From contig JACONC010000002.1 of the NCBI GenBank assembly GCA_014323925.1, positions 58,571 through 122,570 on the forward strand: 64,000 nt of DNA. Reading direction: 5' to 3'. Of this stretch, positions 40,961 to 52,429 are shown piece by piece. Numbering within the stretch: the stretch's first letter is position 1; every line of letters starts with the position of its first letter. This stretch comes from Chromatiales bacterium. GTDB taxonomy: Bacteria > Pseudomonadota > Gammaproteobacteria > Poriferisulfidales > Oxydemutatoraceae. The notes below the pieces were generated by a model. That model saw only the letters and a program-made list of their open reading frames with translations. It had not been told where the DNA came from and did not search any database. The translations under genes and the position numbers were made by a program.

Positions 40961-42484
40961 TCAAACTCGTAGTAATTTATCTAGAGATCTGTAAGCGACT
41001 GCTTCTAGCAAGTGGCACTCTTCTATCGTATCGGCAGCCGCTAAATCGGCAATCGTTCTAGCCACTCTGAGGATGCGGTAATAAGCCCGCGCCGATAGTT
41101 CCATTTTGTCTACAACGCGGGCTAGTAATTTCTGTTCGGATTGTGCGAGTTTACAAAAACGCTCTATCTCTTTGGTTTCTAGTAGTGCGTTGTTTTTGCC
41201 TTGTCTATTTAACTGCTTATGCCAGGCGGTTAGTACGCGTGCTTTTATAACCGCACTGGTTTCACCGCGGTGCTCTATATTATCCCGCTTAGTCCATTGA
41301 ATACGCGGCACGCGTATATGCAAGTCTATGCGATCTAGCATCGGCGATGAAAGCCTACGATAATAATGTATTAATCTTTGTTCGCTACAGGTGCATCTGC
41401 CGAATTCATCAACATCAGAACCATCAGGACAAGGATTCATCGCTGCAATTAATTGAAAACATGCTGGATAAGTAACGCTTGAAGCTACTCGTGCCAAATT
41501 AATCACACCTGTTTCTATGGGCTCGCGCAATCCGTCTATAGCTTGACGGTTAAACTCAGTTAATTCGTCTAAAAAGAGAACACCGTTGTGTGCCTTGGAT
41601 ATCTCGCCAGGCTGGGGATGTGTGCCGCCACCTAACAGCGCTGCTGACGACGCACTATGGTGCGGGGCTCGAAACGGTCGCGTGTAGAAATCTTTGTCAC
41701 TTAACACCTCAGTTGCCAACGATAGTATCGTTGCGGTTTCTATCGCTTCGTCTTTATTCATCGGTGGTAAAATTGTTGGAAAGCGGCGCGCTAGCATCGT
41801 TTTGCCGCTACCGGGAGAACCCAACATCAGACAATGATGGCGACCGCTTGCCGCAATTTCAAGCGCACGCACGGCCTGACCTTGTGCGCGAACCTCGGAC
41901 ATATCTTCGCTTTGGCAGTCGGCGACAGTAGTTTTCAACATAGGTACGAGATTGGGTTGGTGTTGTCCGCTCAGCCAACGATAAACCTCAACTAAATGCT
42001 TGGCACTATAAATTTTGGCCTGGCGACGAGCTGACAAAATCAAGCCGGCTTCTTTTGCGTTTGCCTGCGGAATAACCAAACGACGGTTTGCTTCTATTGC
42101 TGCGAGTATAGCCGGAATGACACCTTTCACCGACAAAAGATCACCGCTTAAACTGAGTTCGGATAAAAACTCGTATTTTGCTAATCGCTCGTGTTCTAAT
42201 TGACCGCTGGCAGCTAATATCCCTAAGGCAATAGGCAAATCAAAACGACCTCCCTCTTTGGGTAAATCGGCGGGAGATAAATTGACTGTCACACGTTGCT
42301 GAGGAAACTTAAATTGATTATGCGACAACGCCGCTCGTACCCGATGTTGACTTTCTTTAACCGCAGTCTCAGGCAACCCGACTATATGCATACGCGGCAC
42401 TCCCGAAGAAATAAATACTTCTACAGTAACTGCAATAGCTTCCATCCCACGACAAGTTCTGCTATGCACGGTTGCAAGACGCAT
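40961..42484 (-). CDS. yifB: YifB/ComM-family Mg-chelatase-like AAA+ ATPase
   Basis: Lon-like N-domain, Walker A GSPGSGKTM, Walker B LFLDELTEF, 507 aa. Confidence 0.85.
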   Translation of the reverse strand: MRLATVHSRTCRGMEAIAVTVEVFISSGVPRMHIVGLPETAVKESQHRVRAALSHNQFKFPQQRVTVNLSPADLPKEGGRFDLPIALGILAASGQLEHERLAKYEFLSELSLSGDLLSVKGVIPAILAAIEANRRLVIPQANAKEAGLILSARRQAKIYSAKHLVEVYRWLSGQHQPNLVPMLKTTVADCQSEDMSEVRAQGQAVRALEIAASGRHHCLMLGSPGSGKTMLARRFPTILPPMNKDEAIETATILSLATEVLSDKDFYTRPFRAPHHSASSAALLGGGTHPQPGEISKAHNGVLFLDELTEFNRQAIDGLREPIETGVINLARVASSVTYPACFQLIAAMNPCPDGSDVDEFGRCTCSEQRLIHYYRRLSSPMLDRIDLHIRVPRIQWTKRDNIEHRGETSAVIKARVLTAWHKQLNRQGKNNALLETKEIERFCKLAQSEQKLLARVVDKMELSARAYYRILRVARTIADLAAADTIEECHLLEAVAYRSLDKLLRV

Positions 42485-42619
42485 AAAAGTTATCCTCGCT
42501 TAAAAAACAGCAGGATAATGGAATTTTAGGTGCGGGCAGCCTCTTTCCGATAAAAGCTGCTAATTAGCTGACGAATGGTTGAATGTCAGTGCAATGAGGA
42601 CTAAATGGGTAAAAATGAT

Positions 42620-42856
42620 CTACTGCTTCTCGGCTTCGGCTAGGCGTTTTTCTAGATCGTCAACTTGCTTTAATAGGCGATGCAACAGTGCGACTTGTGC
42701 GTCGTATTCTTCACGACTCACTAGATTCATCTTTTTAATCAGTGCTTCCAGTCCTAGTCGTATGCCTTGCTCGACCTCTTGACGAGCGGCACCAACAAAA
42801 GGCGGTAGTTCTTTTACGATTTCTTGAACCAGTTGATTAATTTCTCCTTTTTTCAT
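42620..42856 (-). CDS. ubiK: Ubiquinone biosynthesis accessory factor UbiK (YqiC/BMFP family)
   Basis: 78-aa coiled coil with LVSREEYDAQ motif like YqiC LVSREEFDVQ. Confidence 0.6.
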   Translation of the reverse strand: MKKGEINQLVQEIVKELPPFVGAARQEVEQGIRLGLEALIKKMNLVSREEYDAQVALLHRLLKQVDDLEKRLAEAEKQ

Positions 42857-42892
42857 AGGGCAGCAAATATAGACTATATCTTTAAGCTAACA

Positions 42893-43963
42893 TCAGTGTT
42901 TAGTACTTGAAAAATCCATCATCTTGCGCGTAGCACGCAGTGCGCCTTGCCGTATCGCTTCGGGAATATGAATCTCGTTGTCGAGTTTATCTAGGCTACG
43001 CTCCAGGTTATCTAAGCCGTTCATTGCCATCCACGGACAATGTGCGCAGCTTTTACAAGTCGCTCCTTCCCCGGCGGTCGGCGCTTCAATGAATTCTTTG
43101 TCGTTAGCGAGCTGTCTCATCTTATAGAAAATACGATTATCAGTTGCTACGATAAAGCGTTTATTCGGCAGTTCCACGGCGGCTTTAATCAGTGCACTGG
43201 TCGAACCCACTGCATCGGCTATCTCAATCACCGCTTCGGGAGATTCTGGATGGACCAACACGGCAGCATCAGGGTAGCGTTGCTTCAGTTCTAAAACACC
43301 ACTATATTTGAATTCCTCGTGTACCACACAGCTACCTTGCCACAACAGCATATCGGCACCACTGACTTTTTGAATATAACGACCCAAATATCTGTCGGGC
43401 GCCCAGAGAATTTTATTACCCTGATCCATTAAGTAAGAAATAATCTGCACTGCATTGCTCGAGGTCACCACCCAGTCGGCGAGTGACTTAACTTCAGCGC
43501 TGGTGTTTGCATAAACAACCACCACTCTATCCGAATGTTGTTTGCAGAACGATGCAAAGCTCTCGGCTGGGCAGCTTAGATCTAATGAGCAGGTCGCATC
43601 CAATGTGGGCATCAATACTCGTTTCTCAGGATTTAAAATCTTCGCAGTTTCTCCCATAAAGCGCACACCGGCGACCACCAAGGTATTGCTTGCAACTTGT
43701 TGTCCGAATTTTGCCATCTCCAATGAATCGCCAACAAATCCACCAGTCTTATCGGCTAATTCTTGTATATCCTCATGTACATAATAATGAGCAATTAAAG
43801 AGGCATTGAGTGCCTCGAGCTTCTCGGCGATGCGCGCAAGCCGTAAATCTCGCTCCGCTCCATGGTATTCGGGAGTAAGCATACAAATATCCTTGGTTAG
43901 CGGTGCTTTAGCGGTAACCGCTCGCATAATATGTTGCATTGTTTGTCTTTCGCTAGAAATCAT
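42893..43963 (-). CDS. nadA: Quinolinate synthase A
   Basis: NadA-type triple-repeat fold, conserved Cys ligands (CSLD, CVVH, CAHCPWM), 356 aa. Confidence 0.9.
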   Translation of the reverse strand: MISSERQTMQHIMRAVTAKAPLTKDICMLTPEYHGAERDLRLARIAEKLEALNASLIAHYYVHEDIQELADKTGGFVGDSLEMAKFGQQVASNTLVVAGVRFMGETAKILNPEKRVLMPTLDATCSLDLSCPAESFASFCKQHSDRVVVVYANTSAEVKSLADWVVTSSNAVQIISYLMDQGNKILWAPDRYLGRYIQKVSGADMLLWQGSCVVHEEFKYSGVLELKQRYPDAAVLVHPESPEAVIEIADAVGSTSALIKAAVELPNKRFIVATDNRIFYKMRQLANDKEFIEAPTAGEGATCKSCAHCPWMAMNGLDNLERSLDKLDNEIHIPEAIRQGALRATRKMMDFSSTKH

Positions 43964-44072
43964 AATTGCGCATGTATCATTACAATAATTTACAAAGAAT
44001 TACGAATACATAATACCATATCATCGCTTATCGTACATAGAACTGCTTCAGTAATCCGACATTTAGACGGTG

Positions 44073-44564
44073 TTATATAGTAGTTGCTTTTCTGCTTATT
44101 ATTTTCTTTTGTCCCGAAAGAGTCTGCCATTCAAGCCTTATCAGAAAATGTTGCCCAGACTGCCCGATACTCAGTGATGCATGGGCAAACGGAGGTTTTG
44201 TAGTAGCGAATTTTTGGCATAGACTAGCGTCCCGTACAACCCTGCAATGCCATAATGCTAATTGAAAATGGGCGAATTCTTTGGGGTTACATAATTTCTG
44301 CAGACAATTTGAGGCGCCTAAAGTGCTATTCCCACTACTTAAATAGTACTCGGGATGAGGGCTGTGCCGTAGCACTGCGGAAATTTCGTTCAATAGTAGG
44401 TGTGCATGCAACGAACGCACCAGTTCTCGTTCAACGACTAAATTTTTTTGTTGTAGCTGTGCAGACCCTAGTAGTGCAGTAACTGAGATTGCCAAAGCCA
44501 TTAGTAGTTCTATCAAACTAAACCCTAAACACGCTGAACAGTGATGGGAGTGAGCGTGTTGCAT
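44073..44564 (-). CDS. Type IV pilus minor pilin (PilV-like)
   Basis: Prepilin N-methylation signal GFSLIELLMALAI. Confidence 0.55.
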   Translation of the reverse strand: MQHAHSHHCSACLGFSLIELLMALAISVTALLGSAQLQQKNLVVERELVRSLHAHLLLNEISAVLRHSPHPEYYLSSGNSTLGASNCLQKLCNPKEFAHFQLALWHCRVVRDASLCQKFATTKPPFAHASLSIGQSGQHFLIRLEWQTLSGQKKIISRKATTI

Positions 44565-44567
44565 CGG

Positions 44568-45122
44568 TTAATGCAAGCAGTTATTTATGTCTGAGGGCTG
44601 TTTATTATCGTGATACGACACCAAGCGTACCCGACCACTTTGGTTGATGACAAGTTCCGATATCACGCGTGCCGGCCGCTTTGTGCAGATTATAAAACGG
44701 CCGTTGTAATCAGCTTTTCCGAACCGATTATAGGTGATTGATCGGGTGAAAGTTTTAGAGCGTATACTGAGATTATCGGCATTATTTTTTTGCATCAACA
44801 GGATATTTTCACCATAATCCAGCGTGCCGTTGACCGCATCGGAGAGTTCGCTAAAAACAATCCAGGCGTTTTCATAAGCGGCTCCCGAGCAACTTTCGTT
44901 GCCATCACTACTGCATATGCTAATCGCATACCCAGTGATTAGTGCATAACTGCGGGCAAATTCTAGTGCTTCTAAAAATTGGGTGGTGTGGTGTATAAAT
45001 CTATTTTGTTGGAGCCAATAGGTAGGTAATGCCAGAGTAGACAATAATAATAAACTGCTGATTCCCAGTGCCAACAGCAACTCAATCAGGGTGAAACCGG
45101 AAACGGTGTATTGCTCTTTCAT
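44568..45122 (-). CDS. Type IV pilus minor pilin (FimT/GspH-like)
   Basis: Prepilin signal GFTLIELLLALGI; 3 bp upstream of second pilin gene. Confidence 0.55.
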   Translation of the reverse strand: MKEQYTVSGFTLIELLLALGISSLLLLSTLALPTYWLQQNRFIHHTTQFLEALEFARSYALITGYAISICSSDGNESCSGAAYENAWIVFSELSDAVNGTLDYGENILLMQKNNADNLSIRSKTFTRSITYNRFGKADYNGRFIICTKRPARVISELVINQSGRVRLVSYHDNKQPSDINNCLH

Positions 45123-45239
45123 AGCGTTAGATTAAACAATGGCAAACTGCCGACGGCTCTTTTTACGACCAACGCGCATAAATAAACGATAAAGCCTCTA
45201 TTTCGTTGTTTTTGCTGATGATGGTATAATATCCTTTTA

Positions 45240-46238
45240 GTGAAACAGATAGCTAAGAAACCTTCCCCTGCCATCCGCCTGCAACTCAATAAGCAAGGTG
45301 AATTGAGGCACCTTCTTTGTATAGAAGGTCTTTCTAAAGAAATATTGAAAAGATTGTTTGACACCGCTACTGCGTTTCTTCGCGAACAAAACTCAGTGGT
45401 CAAAAAAGTGCCTCTGCTACGAGCTAAGACGGTTGCTAATCTATTCTTTGAGAGTAGTACCCGTACCCGATCGACTTTTGAACTTGCTGCCAAACGGCTG
45501 TCTGCCGATGTACTCAATTTGAATACCAGCGTTGCAGCAGTGCAGAAAGGCGAGTCGTTGCTTGACACGCTGAAAAGTCTCGAGGCTATGAATGTTGATA
45601 TATTTGTTGTCCGCCATAGCGACAGCGGTGCAGCCCAATTTATTGCCAAACATTTGAAAAAGGGTGTTGCAGTCATTAACGCTGGCGACGGTAGCCACGC
45701 ACACCCGACACAAGCGTTGCTGGATATGTATACGATTATGCAGCATAAGCCGAACTGTAGTGAACTGACTGTCGCAATCATCGGTGATATACGTCATTCT
45801 CGTGTTGCCCGCTCGCAGATTGCTATTCTCAGAGTGATGGGGGTAAGAAAAATTCACCTGATAGGTCCTAGCACTTTATTACCGCCATTTGCTGAAAAGC
45901 TTGAAGGTAAAGTGTTTCATACTATAGAAGAAGGCATTGCCGGTGTTGATGTGATCATCGTACTGCGGTTGCAAAAAGAACGCATGCAAAGTGGTTTCTT
46001 GCCTAGTATGAACGAATATTATCATCGCTATGGAATGACCTTAGAGCGATTAAAGTTGGCTGCAACCGACGCTATCGTGATGCATCCCGGACCTATTAAT
46101 CGTGGCGTTGAGATTAACTCTTTGGTTGCAGACGGGCATCGTTCAGTGATACTGGAACAAGTAACCTACGGTATTGCAATTAGGATGGCAGTGATGTCCC
46201 ATGTCGCCAGTGGGCAAATACAAGAATCCGCCGAATGA
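45240..46238 (+). CDS. pyrB: Aspartate carbamoyltransferase catalytic subunit
   Basis: STRTR carbamoyl-P motif, HPTQ, HPGP. Confidence 0.9.
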   Translation: MKQIAKKPSPAIRLQLNKQGELRHLLCIEGLSKEILKRLFDTATAFLREQNSVVKKVPLLRAKTVANLFFESSTRTRSTFELAAKRLSADVLNLNTSVAAVQKGESLLDTLKSLEAMNVDIFVVRHSDSGAAQFIAKHLKKGVAVINAGDGSHAHPTQALLDMYTIMQHKPNCSELTVAIIGDIRHSRVARSQIAILRVMGVRKIHLIGPSTLLPPFAEKLEGKVFHTIEEGIAGVDVIIVLRLQKERMQSGFLPSMNEYYHRYGMTLERLKLAATDAIVMHPGPINRGVEINSLVADGHRSVILEQVTYGIAIRMAVMSHVASGQIQESAE

Positions 46239-47512
46239 ATATACTGATAACAGGTGCGCGGTTGCTCACTAACAAAAAAGCGGATAACCAGATAACTGAT
46301 ATTGCTATCAAGCAGGGCGCAATAGAAGCCATAGGTTCTATTCCTAAAGATTTTTTTGCCGAACATACTATTAAAGCAGATGGCTTGCTGGCGATCCCTG
46401 GTTTAGTCGATTTGGCTACTTATTTACGCGACCCTGGCTTTGAATACAAAGCAACGATTGAATCAGAAACCAAAGCAGCGGCGGCCAGCGGAGTAACTAC
46501 TCTATGCTGCATGCCGTACACTGAGCCTAAAATAGACTCGGCAGCCACCGTTGAACTCATACAAAAGCGTGCACACGAAGCCGATTTCTGCAAGGTGCTA
46601 ACGATAGGTGCAATGACCAAAAGCCTAGCCGGTCTAGAACTAAGTGATATGGCAGCTCTTAAAGAGGCTGGGTGTGTGGCGGTGAGCCATTGCTTATGTC
46701 CGTTTGCCGATGCTTTGGTGCTACGGCGGGCGATGGAATACGCCGCCGGATTAGATCTGAAAATATTTGTACAACCTTTTGATAGAGCTTTGGCTGCCAA
46801 CGGGTGTGCCCACGAGGGTGCACTAGCATTACATCTAGGTTTAGTTGGTATTCCGGTAGCCAGCGAGACTGCATTTTTGAGTCAATGCATAGAAATCGCC
46901 AAGGATTTAGGTATCGCTGTGCATTTTTGTCGGCTTTCGTGTGCGCGGTCGGTTGAGTTAATAGCTAACGCACAAGCACGCGGCATTGCGGTAAGTGCCG
47001 ATGTCAGTGCACACCAATTATTCCTCAGCGAAGAGATGCTAATACATTTTGATCCTAATTATCATGTGGTACCGCCGTTGCGTAGTGAGCAGGATCGTGA
47101 CGCATTACGAGAGGCGATTAAAGACGGTACCATCTCGGCGATATGCTCTGACCATCAGCCGCACGATATCAGTGCCAAGTTAGTGCCTTTTCCATCCAGT
47201 GAACCGGGCATTTCTGCACTAGAAACCTTGCTTGCCTTAACGCTACGCTTGGTCGAGGAAAATGTCGTTGATTTGACCCAAGCGATAGATTTGGTGACTC
47301 GCGGACCGGCAGCCATACTCAATTGGGGTTGCGGAACATTACACAAAGGCGGGGTGGCTGATCTTTGCCTAGTTGATTTGAACGAAACCTGGACTTTATT
47401 GGCACCGCACATGTACAGTAGCGGTACTAATTCGCCCTTTATAGGTGAAACCTTCAAAGGGCGTATACGCTATACAATCTGTAACGGCAAACTAAGCTAT
47501 GACGCTCAATAA
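46235..47512 (+). CDS. Dihydroorotase-like protein (likely non-catalytic PyrC' partner of PyrB)
   Basis: 425-aa amidohydrolase-fold protein 4-bp-overlapping pyrB, as in pyrB-pyrC' operons; a canonical pyrC exists at 9044..10081. Confidence 0.7.
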   Translation: MNILITGARLLTNKKADNQITDIAIKQGAIEAIGSIPKDFFAEHTIKADGLLAIPGLVDLATYLRDPGFEYKATIESETKAAAASGVTTLCCMPYTEPKIDSAATVELIQKRAHEADFCKVLTIGAMTKSLAGLELSDMAALKEAGCVAVSHCLCPFADALVLRRAMEYAAGLDLKIFVQPFDRALAANGCAHEGALALHLGLVGIPVASETAFLSQCIEIAKDLGIAVHFCRLSCARSVELIANAQARGIAVSADVSAHQLFLSEEMLIHFDPNYHVVPPLRSEQDRDALREAIKDGTISAICSDHQPHDISAKLVPFPSSEPGISALETLLALTLRLVEENVVDLTQAIDLVTRGPAAILNWGCGTLHKGGVADLCLVDLNETWTLLAPHMYSSGTNSPFIGETFKGRIRYTICNGKLSYDAQ

Positions 47513-48386
47513 ACTGGCTAGACACGCAACGATATTCGTAGAACAGGCACGAGTATTAAGCCATACCGCTTATGCGGCGAAGCAATACCGCATAGTTTTA
47601 CAGGCGCCGCGTTGTGCGCAGACTGCCCAACCGGCCAATTTCGTGCATTTGCGTTGTAGCGAAGCTTTGGCAATGAGACGGCCGTATTCAATTATGTCGG
47701 TAGCAAAGGAACACGGTTGTATAGAGATATTGTATAAAGTAGTCGGCAAAGGCAGTCGCACCCTTTCCCAGCGACAAGTCGGTGACGAGATCAATCTTCT
47801 AGGTCCTATAGGAAATAGTTTTACACTGAACCCACAGAGAACCGAGCTGTTATTATTAGGTGGCGGAGTCGGGGTTCCTCCGATCTTGTTTTTAGCCGAA
47901 CAGCTCAAGCAACATCCAGCTTATAAACCGTTGGTGATGATTGGTTCCGAGGTCCCCTTTCCATTTAAATTGACACCGTCAAAGCTACAGGTAACCGGCA
48001 TAGACGCAGATCATTCTCTCTCGTTAACGAGGCTTGATACTTTGGGTATTCCATCACGGTTGGCAAGCGGACAAAAACAAGCGGGATGTTTTGAAGGCTA
48101 TATAGATGCCTTTGCGCGCAGCTACTTAACACAAGCTAGCGAGCAGCAACTGGGCAGTATGCAGATATACGCTTGTGGGCCTGAGCCTATGTTAAAAAGC
48201 ATTACCAAGCTGGCCGGTGAATTTCAGGTACCTTGTCAACTGGCGGTAGAAGAGTATATGGCGTGTGCAGTCGGTGGGTGTGCAGGGTGTGCGATTGCGG
48301 TTCGCGAAAACGGCAAAACCACAATGAAACGCGTATGTGTAGACGGTCCAGTATTTAACGCCAATTGTTTAGTAGGCTTTGTCTAG
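47499..48386 (+). CDS. PyrK-like FAD/NAD(P)-binding oxidoreductase with C-terminal [2Fe-2S] motif
   Basis: RPYSI FAD motif, LLLGGGVGVPP NAD motif, C-terminal CAVGGCAGCAI...CVDGPVF cysteine cluster. Confidence 0.6.
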   Translation: MTLNKLARHATIFVEQARVLSHTAYAAKQYRIVLQAPRCAQTAQPANFVHLRCSEALAMRRPYSIMSVAKEHGCIEILYKVVGKGSRTLSQRQVGDEINLLGPIGNSFTLNPQRTELLLLGGGVGVPPILFLAEQLKQHPAYKPLVMIGSEVPFPFKLTPSKLQVTGIDADHSLSLTRLDTLGIPSRLASGQKQAGCFEGYIDAFARSYLTQASEQQLGSMQIYACGPEPMLKSITKLAGEFQVPCQLAVEEYMACAVGGCAGCAIAVRENGKTTMKRVCVDGPVFNANCLVGFV

Positions 48387-49071
48387 ACATCCGAACATAA
48401 GTGCTAATCTGTCACAGTTGCGAGCAGCGATAGCACAAGCTGAAACTCAGGCACACCGTCCTTGTGGTAGTGTGCGATTACTGGCAGTTAGCAAAACTAA
48501 AGAAGTATCTCTGATTCGTGCAGCGATCGCAGCTGGACAGCACGATTTCGGCGAGAATTATTTGCAAGAGGCACTCGCTAAAATTAACGCACTCAACGAC
48601 CAAAAAATTGACTGGCATTTTATAGGTTTGATACAGAGCAACAAAGCACGCGATATTGCTAATCATTTTGATTGGGTGCATAGCATAGGAAAAATATCCA
48701 TTGCCCGGCGCATCGATCGGCTACGCCCAGCAACCATGCCACCACTCAATGTATGCCTACAAGTCAACATAGATAAAGAACCAAGCAAGTCAGGTTGTAG
48801 CGTCGAGCAAGTGTATGCCCTAGCCGACGAAGTCGCACAACTACCGCGTCTTAAGTTACGCGGTTTGATGGCCATTCCTAAACCTACTTCGGATACGCAA
48901 CAACAATATAAAACATTTACCGAACTGTATACCCTGTTTGCACAACTAAAATCCCGCTATCAAGATTTTGATACGCTATCAGCCGGCATGAGTGGCGACT
49001 TTGAGCAAGCAATCCGAGCAGGTGCGACGCTTATCCGTGTCGGTAGTGCTATATTCGGACCGCGCAAATAA
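48379..49071 (+). CDS. yggS: YggS-family PLP homeostasis protein
   Basis: LLAVSKTK PLP-lysine motif, 230 aa. Confidence 0.85.
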   Translation: MSRHPNISANLSQLRAAIAQAETQAHRPCGSVRLLAVSKTKEVSLIRAAIAAGQHDFGENYLQEALAKINALNDQKIDWHFIGLIQSNKARDIANHFDWVHSIGKISIARRIDRLRPATMPPLNVCLQVNIDKEPSKSGCSVEQVYALADEVAQLPRLKLRGLMAIPKPTSDTQQQYKTFTELYTLFAQLKSRYQDFDTLSAGMSGDFEQAIRAGATLIRVGSAIFGPRK

Positions 49072-49312
49072 CCCTCCTAGCTTTTTGTACTGTTCTACAA
49101 TGGCTATGATCAATGATATACAAAAATAAAAATTGATATAGTGATAGCGGTTGCCTGATATCTTAGTCTCTTAGGAGACCAACAAAAGTATCGTAACGGA
49201 AGTATCCAACCAAGTAAAAACCGACCTAAAGTGGCAAGTCGATACTGATTATCAAAACAAGAGTATAAACTGGTGGCTTCGACTTTTGGCCGCGGATAAT
49301 GTGAAAGTGCTA

Positions 49313-49978
49313 TTATGATGCTTTGCCGTGAACAATAAGATGACGGTCGCTGATGACCTCAGTGTTCAAGTGAGTCAGTCCAGCTTTTTTTAATTGCGCC
49401 TTTACTTCTTCGGGCGTGAAGGCCGCACGCAGCGAGTTTCTAAAATCTCTTTGTAAGATTGGCGCTTCAGTAGCCGCATATTGTTCTACGAATTGATCTA
49501 TTTGTTGCTTGTTTTGTGGACGACACAAGTCCGCGATAAAGATTCGCGCGTTAGGCTTGGCAAGCATCTTGACACTGCGCCATAGAACTTGTGGCGTATG
49601 TAAATGATGTAGCAAGCTGGTCGACAAAATACCGTCGTAGCTATGTTCAGTAACCGGAATATCAGGGAGGGTTGCTTGAATCAACCTTATTTGTTCGGTC
49701 ACATCCTCTGCCATCAGACGGACTCTCGCTTGATCTAGCATTGCTGCGGATCCGTCGACCGCATCTATACATGCTTTTGGACAGAGTCTCGCCAGACGAG
49801 TGGTGATTTCAGCATCTCCGCAACCCAAATCAATCCACGCTCCGGTTTTAGGCAAATTCGGCATGCAACGCACAAAGTGTTCCATTAAAAAGCTATGTGG
49901 CTGACTAAAATCGGCAGTTGCATAAGCACGCGCTTGCTGTTCGTCTAGCATGAGTTCGGGTTCAGTTATTCTTTGCAT
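49313..49978 (-). CDS. Class I SAM-dependent methyltransferase
   Basis: Motif I IDLGCGDA; 13-bp overlap with lysA end. Confidence 0.7.
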   Translation of the reverse strand: MQRITEPELMLDEQQARAYATADFSQPHSFLMEHFVRCMPNLPKTGAWIDLGCGDAEITTRLARLCPKACIDAVDGSAAMLDQARVRLMAEDVTEQIRLIQATLPDIPVTEHSYDGILSTSLLHHLHTPQVLWRSVKMLAKPNARIFIADLCRPQNKQQIDQFVEQYAATEAPILQRDFRNSLRAAFTPEEVKAQLKKAGLTHLNTEVISDRHLIVHGKAS

Positions 49979-51243
49979 AAGTCGTTATTTTCCCATGGAA
50001 TGCATTCCATCTCTATCATATCTAGCGAACTCTCACGGCACCTAATGATATGAAAATTGTCACCATCAACCAGCACCTCGGCCGGTTTAGTTCGGGTATT
50101 GTAGTTACCAGACATGCTAAAGCCGTAAGCACCGGCCGACAATATGGCGAGTAAATCACCCGGATATAAAGCTAATCGCCGTTGATAGCCTAGAACATCG
50201 GCACTCTCGCACACCGGACCGACTATATCGTAGTCCCGGCACTCGCCTTTGTGTGCCTTAACCGCAACGATATCGTGCCATGCTTCGTATAAAGACGGTC
50301 TCAATAAATCGTTCATTGCGGCATCCACTACCGCAAAATACTTCTGGTAGGTTTGTTTGAGGTGTATAACTTGGGTGAGTAATACACCAGCATTACCGAC
50401 AATAAAGCGTCCTGGCTCGAGTATTAAACGATAGGGACAGTCGGCAATAATGTCGTTAACCACAGTTGCATAATCTGAGATAGTAGGTGGTGTTTCATCT
50501 TGATAACGGATACCGAATCCGCCACCTATATCTATGTGTGTTATTTGCAAGCCATCTTTACAAAGTTGGTCTGCTATTGCGACGAGTTGCTGTAATGCCT
50601 TGGCATAAGGTTCGGGCGACATAATCTGCGAACCAATATGACAGGCGATGCCGTGTTCTTGCAGAAAAGGGCTGCGACGGATTTTTTGATAGAGCTCTAT
50701 TGCTTGTTGGGCGTCTACACCGAATTTATTATGATGCAATCCTGTTGCAATATAAGGATGCGTCTGGGCATCGATATCAGGGTTGACGCGTATTGCCACC
50801 GCCGCAACTATATTCAGGTAGCTTGCAACCTTCTCTATCAGTAAAAGTTCCGATTCTGACTCTATGTTAATACAACCGATACCTCCCCGCAAAGCTGCCT
50901 CTATTTCCCATTGTTGTTTGCCTACTCCCGAAAATACGGTTTTGCTGATGTCGCCACCGCTACGGCGTACTCGTTCGAGTTCACCGCCTGACACCACATC
51001 AAAGCCGCTACCTAGTCGTGCCAACATATAGAGTATTGCAATATTAGAGCAAGCCTTGACTGCATAATGTATTTGGTATCGTTGATGCTTAAAGGCAGTG
51101 GATAAATCACACCAATTTTTTTCAATAGCTGCTTTTGAATAAATATATGTAGGCGTACCGCATTGCTCGGCTATTTTAGCAAGCGCAACATCCTCGCAAT
51201 ACATTTGTTGTTGTACGAGATGTAAACAGTGATGCTCTTTCAT
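49966..51243 (-). CDS. lysA: Diaminopimelate decarboxylase
   Basis: Fold-III PLP decarboxylase: YAVKAC (PLP Lys), GGGFG, EPGR; 425 aa. Confidence 0.85.
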   Translation of the reverse strand: MKEHHCLHLVQQQMYCEDVALAKIAEQCGTPTYIYSKAAIEKNWCDLSTAFKHQRYQIHYAVKACSNIAILYMLARLGSGFDVVSGGELERVRRSGGDISKTVFSGVGKQQWEIEAALRGGIGCINIESESELLLIEKVASYLNIVAAVAIRVNPDIDAQTHPYIATGLHHNKFGVDAQQAIELYQKIRRSPFLQEHGIACHIGSQIMSPEPYAKALQQLVAIADQLCKDGLQITHIDIGGGFGIRYQDETPPTISDYATVVNDIIADCPYRLILEPGRFIVGNAGVLLTQVIHLKQTYQKYFAVVDAAMNDLLRPSLYEAWHDIVAVKAHKGECRDYDIVGPVCESADVLGYQRRLALYPGDLLAILSAGAYGFSMSGNYNTRTKPAEVLVDGDNFHIIRCRESSLDMIEMECIPWENNDLCKE

Positions 51244-51447
51244 TGAACTTCTTTCTGCTGAGTTTCTTCGGGCGGCAAATACAGAGGTCCCGACTGCCCA
51301 CAGGCGCCGAGCACTAATGTCATAAGCAAGTAATATAAAATGATAATTCGCAAATCAGATTTTCTATAGTTTACAATTAATACATCTTATCAGATAAAAG
51401 AAAAATTATTGTAAAAGTTTAATGCGAAACACATGATGATACTTTAG

Positions 51448-52251
51448 ATGGATTCAATGAATAGTATAAGCCTAAAAAAGAAGTTAAGCATCCTAAGAAA
51501 TATCATAAGAGAAATAAAGGCAATGGAGTCACTAGGAATTTTTCTCGCAAGATTGACTAGCCATAATATGTTATGGAGCCGACCAGCGAGTGGTAATCAC
51601 TGGGTACGCTTTATCGCTGAATATGTAACCGGCCACCCGACCGGTGGTTGTATTAATAATAAACAGGATGCACCTATTCACTTGCATAAATTTCCTGATG
51701 GAGATAAACCGTTATCCCATGTAAAAGCAAGAAAAACCTATGTTTTACATAAAGAGCATAACCCGGACTATCTCTGCTACCGCTACCATCCCATTGGTCT
51801 ATTGATACTGTTAATTCGTGATTTCCACGAATATATAGCGCATAGGAGCGGTTATACAAATTTTGTAAGTCTTGAAACTGAGAAGCAGTACTATTTGCTG
51901 TATATAGAACTTATAAAAGCGTATGATGATTTCACTGGGACTAAAATAGTTATCTATTACGAGGATCTAATCCTAAAACCAGAGCGAGAAATATTGCGCA
52001 TCAAAAATATTTTAGGCGGCTCTGAAATCCGCTATAAAACTCTTATCCACCGTTACGATTATTATGCAAAACTTTCGAGAAATGCTAAGAACAGGGCATG
52101 GCGTGGTAGTATTTCCGGAATGGATTTAATATTTCATCGAACTACGAGCGATAAAAAAGAACTGCAAAGACGGCTGGAATTATTTCACAAACTTCTCTCC
52201 AACCGTCGCTTCCAACAAGTAAAGCCTTATCTAGATAGATATTTAAGATAG
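51448..52251 (+). CDS. Hypothetical protein (267 aa), AT-rich
   Basis: ORF only; preceded by very AT-rich 200 bp; no motif recognised. Confidence 0.4.
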   Translation: MDSMNSISLKKKLSILRNIIREIKAMESLGIFLARLTSHNMLWSRPASGNHWVRFIAEYVTGHPTGGCINNKQDAPIHLHKFPDGDKPLSHVKARKTYVLHKEHNPDYLCYRYHPIGLLILLIRDFHEYIAHRSGYTNFVSLETEKQYYLLYIELIKAYDDFTGTKIVIYYEDLILKPEREILRIKNILGGSEIRYKTLIHRYDYYAKLSRNAKNRAWRGSISGMDLIFHRTTSDKKELQRRLELFHKLLSNRRFQQVKPYLDRYLR

Positions 52252-52429
52252 CACTCTTTCTTTATGAGAGACTGGTTTTGGTGCGCTTTTGCAGACTTGA
52301 AATGCAGAGACCTAGACTGCCTGCAGCACTGAGTACTAATAGCATAAGCGAGCGGTAAAATGGTCATTTGCAAATTCTATTTTATGCAACATGTTATAAT
52401 TTTTGTGTTGAAGTAAGAGGGAAAGATAG

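Noticed and set aside
45119-45781. 220-aa ORF antisense to the pyrB 5' region, and a 138-aa ORF at 45441..45857 (-)
   Set aside because: They overlap the well-supported pyrB on the opposite strand, have no motif, and give a Cys/Arg-rich translation.
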